The translations under genes and the position numbers were made by a program. The notes under the pieces were generated by a model, which was given only the letters and a program-made list of their open reading frames with translations, was not told the DNA's origin and ran no database searches. From positions 1,736,001-1,800,000 of the forward strand of contig CDRNST010000096.1 in the NCBI GenBank assembly GCA_977016875.1: DNA of 64,000 nucleotides, read 5' to 3'. Below, piece after piece: positions 59,907 to 64,000 of the stretch. The stretch comes from Pavona decussata (Eukaryota). How positions within the stretch are numbered: position 1 is the stretch's first letter; the number at the start of each line of letters is the position of its first letter.

Positions 59907-61567
59907 CTAACTGTTTTTCATGTTTTGCATCATCTGCATCATCACCATCATAAACTGGTTGTTTTGTTGTTGCTGCTGTTGTTGCAGCTCCGTTTGCTGT
60001 TGCAGTTGCCTCTGCATGGACTGCTGCATACCGCTGAAAGCCTCTATCATGCCGGCCTGTTGTTGCCTCATGTTTCTTTGCTCATTTAGTTGTTCTTCTT
60101 GCATTTGTTTCTGCATTTCCAACTCCTTCTTCTTTACTACCAACTCTTGATCTGATTTATCTTTGAGATACGCAAGCGTATCTGTACCTGAACGCCGGTT
60201 TTTTTTAAACTTCGCTCCTTCTGTTTCCTCTTCTTCGCCATTTGAAGCCTTTCTCTTTTTGGTTTCTGCGAAAGTTTCTAGAGATTCCTGGCGCATCTCT
60301 TCGGCTGTTTTCCTGTCTTTCTCAACCTTTTCCTTTTTATCCGAGTCTTCAGTGGTGTGCTTCTTCTCAAACTCCTTTTCTTTCTCGATGATCTCCTCCA
60401 ATGCTGCTTCAACTGGGGTCAGCTCGGGAGGCGCTATACCGGAACCATTTTCCTCCTCTCTCATCTTTTGAAGGAAGTGGGACTTAAGCATCTTGTAACG
60501 CTCTCGAACAGCTCTCTGGTCAACATTCATGTTAAGAGACTTGATCTGTTTTAAGTCATCAGCAACTTGCGACCATGCGTTTCCACTCTCTTTTGTCCTT
60601 GGTCGAAATCTAAACGGTTCCATTAGAATGATTTGCTTACAGAGGGCTTCGTCCTTTTCGGGCGTCCAAGTCATAGGCGATGCCCTGAATGAAAAGTAAA
60701 ACAGTGAATTGGAAGGTATTTAGTTTTTATAAACCTCAGCATTGGAGAGCGTTGTCCATATACCCTTATACTGGCTAAAATCACAGTTATGAGCCCTGGG
60801 AGGGAGAGGGGGTGGGGTGCTCCCGCTATAATTTTTAATCACCATATATACAAGCAATTTTCTTCTTCACACCTATTCAGCAAATCCCCTAAGGGAGTGT
60901 TCATCATTTATGGGGGGCGGGGGCTGGCAAATGGGAGGGGGGGAAGTGAAGTTTACTCTCACTAGGTGAAAGATCATCTTCTTGGGGGGGGGGGGGGTTC
61001 AGAAAAGTTTTTACTTTCATGATGGGGGAGGCGAAAAAAGTTTTCCTTCATCGTTGAGGGGGGTCCAAAAAGTTTTCAACGTTACCCTTTCCCATTTGCC
61101 AGCCCCCCTCCCCGTAAATAATGAACACTCCCTACTATGCGCACTGTTAAGACCAACTTGTTCTTGCTTTATGCTCAAAAATAACGTTTCTCACAAATTA
61201 CGTTTCACCACCTGATTACACATACTGAATAAGCCGGGATGCAATCAAACTATAGGGCCGTTTATAAGAGAGAAAATAGTCCGTGGATAAATAAGCCACG
61301 TATTATTTTAGCCGCGAACCTGCTCGTATAAACAGGCTTTATGTGTGTTTGGCACAAAACACACTGGATGTATATGTAAATCAAATAATCTGAATAATCT
61401 ACTGAAAATAGATACACGATGCTGGTGTAAAACGCAATGTTTATCAGTACATTTACAGTTACACTAGTTGTGACAAGATGAAATAAGGCTCACCTTTTCT
61501 TCTTCGTTGAATTTGTAGCTGCTACCAGCTGTACTTCTGGTTCAGCTGCTGCTGCTGCACTATTCAT
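59907..61567 (-). CDS. Myb/SANT-like DNA-binding partner protein; coding exons 61567-61494 and 60684-59907
   Basis: Splicing gives MNSAAAAAEPEVQLVAATNSTKKKR|ASPMTWTPEKDEALC...AWSQVADDL...AVRERY...EEENGSGI, followed by a coiled coil and Q-rich tail. The GT-AG intron is in phase. Confidence 0.85.
60892..61133. mobile_element. MITE in the Myb-gene intron
   Basis: AGGGAGTGTTCATCATTTATGGGGGG..GCTGGCAAATGGGA mirrored by TCCCATTTGCCAGCCCCCC..TAAATAATGAACACTCCCT. Confidence 0.75.
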
Positions 61568-61867
61568 CTATGGAGATAATTTAAATCGCAAGGTTGATCA
61601 AGTTTAGCTTCCAAACAATTGCAAGAAAGCATTAAACGTGTAGCCTTATAAAACAAACACCGAATATACAACAGCTTTCACCTTCACTAAGCTTAATTAT
61701 AGGAAAAAATACGAACGTTTCATCGGTTTAAAATCGTTTAACTAACGTTTGAAGACCTTCGGAGAATCTTTGAAGAGTCCGCCCGCGTGCTCTCCGAGTA
61801 GTGTAAACAAAATGAAGAAAAATATAGCTCAACCCGGTCAAAATAGGCTGCAAATCCATCAGCTTAA

Positions 61868-62345
61868 CCCTTTAACCCCCAAGGCAAAACGACATTTTCT
61901 CCAGATCCAAGACTACAGACTCAATGTGCATGTATGATATACCATTTTAAAGCTACTCATGAGTGTAGTTTATAACTGATATAATTATGAATGAGAAAAG
62001 TTATGGCTCTGAGATAAATGGCCTTAAAACGTAAAAATTTTAAATTTCAAAAACGTCCCAATCCTTGTGTATATTAGGTATACCTCTAAACTATAGCTCA
62101 TTTTGCAGTTCTCAACACGTTCATTAATGTGAGAGATGTACTAAGACCCACAACTTCTAGGGGAAAAAAGTTGAAAAGTTATGGGGGTGGTCAACATATC
62201 ACATATGGGAGGGGGTTAAGATTTTATCCTTTTAATGAGTAGATCTTCACAAGATCATCTCTGTGTCAAAAATTCATAGAAATCTGTCAAATATTGAAAG
62301 AGTTATGGAATTATGTGCCAATTGGCACTCTTGGGGGCTAAAGGG
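61868..62345. mobile_element. piggyBac-like MITE
   Basis: TTAA-CCCTTTAACCCCCAAG ... CTTGGGGGCTAAAGGG-TTAA (TSD 61864-61867 and 62346-62349). Confidence 0.85.
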
Positions 62346-63659
62346 TTAAAAAAAGATGAAAAGAAATCTCGATGGAGCGTTAAATTAATCGAAACTAACA
62401 TACTTCGACCTATATACTCACCTTTTAAAACACCAGTTGATCAACGTTCACTAGTCGACATGAAAACAGGCGAACTGAAGTCGTGGACGGGAGCACGACG
62501 GCCTTCACGCATGAAGGCGTTCACGATTACGCATGCGCATGACCTAATTTTGGCGCGAACACCGTGGTGACAGTCTCCCGTCGTCGTTGCGTAAAGTGCC
62601 TAATACTTCAGACTTTGTATCACCTGACGACTTTGATGATGGGGAAGTTATTTTGGAATAGTTGAAAATAAGATCTGCTGATTATTACAAACCGAGGTGT
62701 GTTCTCGATTCTACCTGCACACATATCTTTACAGAACTGTTCACGTGAAATTCGCATGAACGAATAAACTAAAGTGGCAGGGTATTCTAAAGGTAACTGT
62801 AGAATACCCTGCCACTATTGTTGTCGAATCTATTTGCAAACATATTTTTAAAGAACGAGAAATGACCCATCATGTGCAGTTCAAACGATAGAAACACAAA
62901 AATAACCTTTATGGGCAGAAAACGGGAATTTTTATCGGAGTGTCCATGGTGGTTGTATAAAAATTTCCGCCAGTAACCAAGCCGAAACTATCGTGGTTTT
63001 GCATGCTAATGGCCCATTGATTTTTTTTTTTAGCGAACGTTCTGGTATCAGGGAAAAGGCAAAGAGTTTAGGTTTGGGCGAAGATGTTAAGGTGCAGTTA
63101 AATAGGTATGTTTTATTGTCTTATCGCCCTCTTTAATGTTTGACCTGCTTTGGGGTAATATTTATTTTGGTACTTTTCTTGTTAAAAACAGGGACTCCAA
63201 AAGGGACAGCAGGACTGAACGTTACATCATTGAAACAGATGATCACCTAGAGTTAGAGTTACCATCCATCTTAAGCGGCAAAGATAAACTTCAAGGTGAA
63301 AAAAAATAGCTTTGATTTAACAATAAACTGCCGCACTTTGGAGAAAATCAGCTTTGAAAATAGCCAAAATTCGTCTTGCATCCAATAGCCACGAAGTGGT
63401 AATGTTTAGAACGGCTCCAAAGCAAAACGTTTTATCCAAAATCGTTTATACTACAAACATGAGCTGTCTTTACTATGAAAATTATGCACCGTTCATACAA
63501 ATTAATAAGGCTGTTGCGAAGTCAGTAAAATGGGCCGTGGAAGTTGACCTAAATTTCACGTCACCTTGCCAAAAAAGCACCAAAAACTAGGGGGTGGTCA
63601 AAATTCAACGGAATTTATCTTATTTTACTAAGAATACCACCGATCATAATCTTATCTGA

Positions 63660-64000
63660 TAGAGAAAACATGCTGAAAATTTGGAGGGAATCCGCCGACC
63701 TCGATCCGTGGACCTTGCCCGGTCCTTACTGACAATGACACTTAAAGCAAGGGATATCCACAGTGCTGATGGGATCATCTTCCTCGCGTCTGACGGTGGG
63801 CCTATTAAAGCAGTTCCGTTTGACGATTGGGCAATTAACATCTTGTCCAAGCCGAAGATGAAGAAAGATGATTTCATTAACCTTGCAAACCAATTCCAGC
63901 TGTCATCTACCGGGACTGTTGCACAGATAAAAGAGAGGCTGAACCTTTACTCTTCATCCCTCCGGTCTAAATACAGACGGAACAATGTAAAGCTCGATGA
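63660..64000 (+). other. Open reading stretch with a SAP-like motif, running off the window
   Basis: KMKKDDFINLANQFQLSSTGTVAQIKERL resembles a SAP motif. Context is incomplete. Confidence 0.3.

Larger units (their letters stand above)
57869..62601. mobile_element. Complete PIF/Harbinger (Pangu-like) transposon, 4,733 bp
   Basis: 26-bp TIRs AGAGACTTTACGCAACGACGACGGGA and TCCCGTCGTCGTTGCGTAAAGTGCCT (2 mismatches). TSD AAT (57866-57868 and 62602-62604). Convergent transposase and Myb-like genes. Confidence 0.92.

Noticed and set aside
59920-60554. Cys-rich and Ser/Phe-rich plus-strand ORFs
   Set aside because: Antisense shadows of the Gln/Glu/Lys-rich Myb-like gene.

Overview
Eukaryotic, AT-rich (roughly 39% GC by eye) genomic DNA with GT-AG introns. 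The repeat families suggest an anthozoan or stony coral host (inference only). I found no conventional host gene: the window is a nest of transposable elements. In order: a near-intact Sola3-type transposase; a Tc1 remnant; a young full-length Gmr1-type Ty3/Gypsy LTR element (PR-IN-RT-RH order, CAGTT TSD); three related PIF/Harbinger elements with ANT-type TSDs (one internally deleted, one interrupted, one complete); two copies of a CR1/L2-group LINE; a P-element-superfamily transposase remnant with a PHD finger; a Mag-like Gypsy element (ATTAT TSD) whose primer site is complementary to its own LTR; rearranged MULE (GCM-like/SWIM) fragments; and several MITEs. The standout is a 9,638-bp IS3EU-type DNA transposon (41508-51145) with 446-bp near-perfect TIRs and a 6-bp TCAAGC TSD. 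It carries a 3-exon integrase-type transposase and, convergently, a 6-exon cargo gene encoding an unknown N-terminal domain, a UBZ-like zinc finger, a CUE domain and a HECT E3 ubiquitin-ligase domain with its catalytic Cys. All family and domain calls come from motif recognition by eye; no database searches were run.
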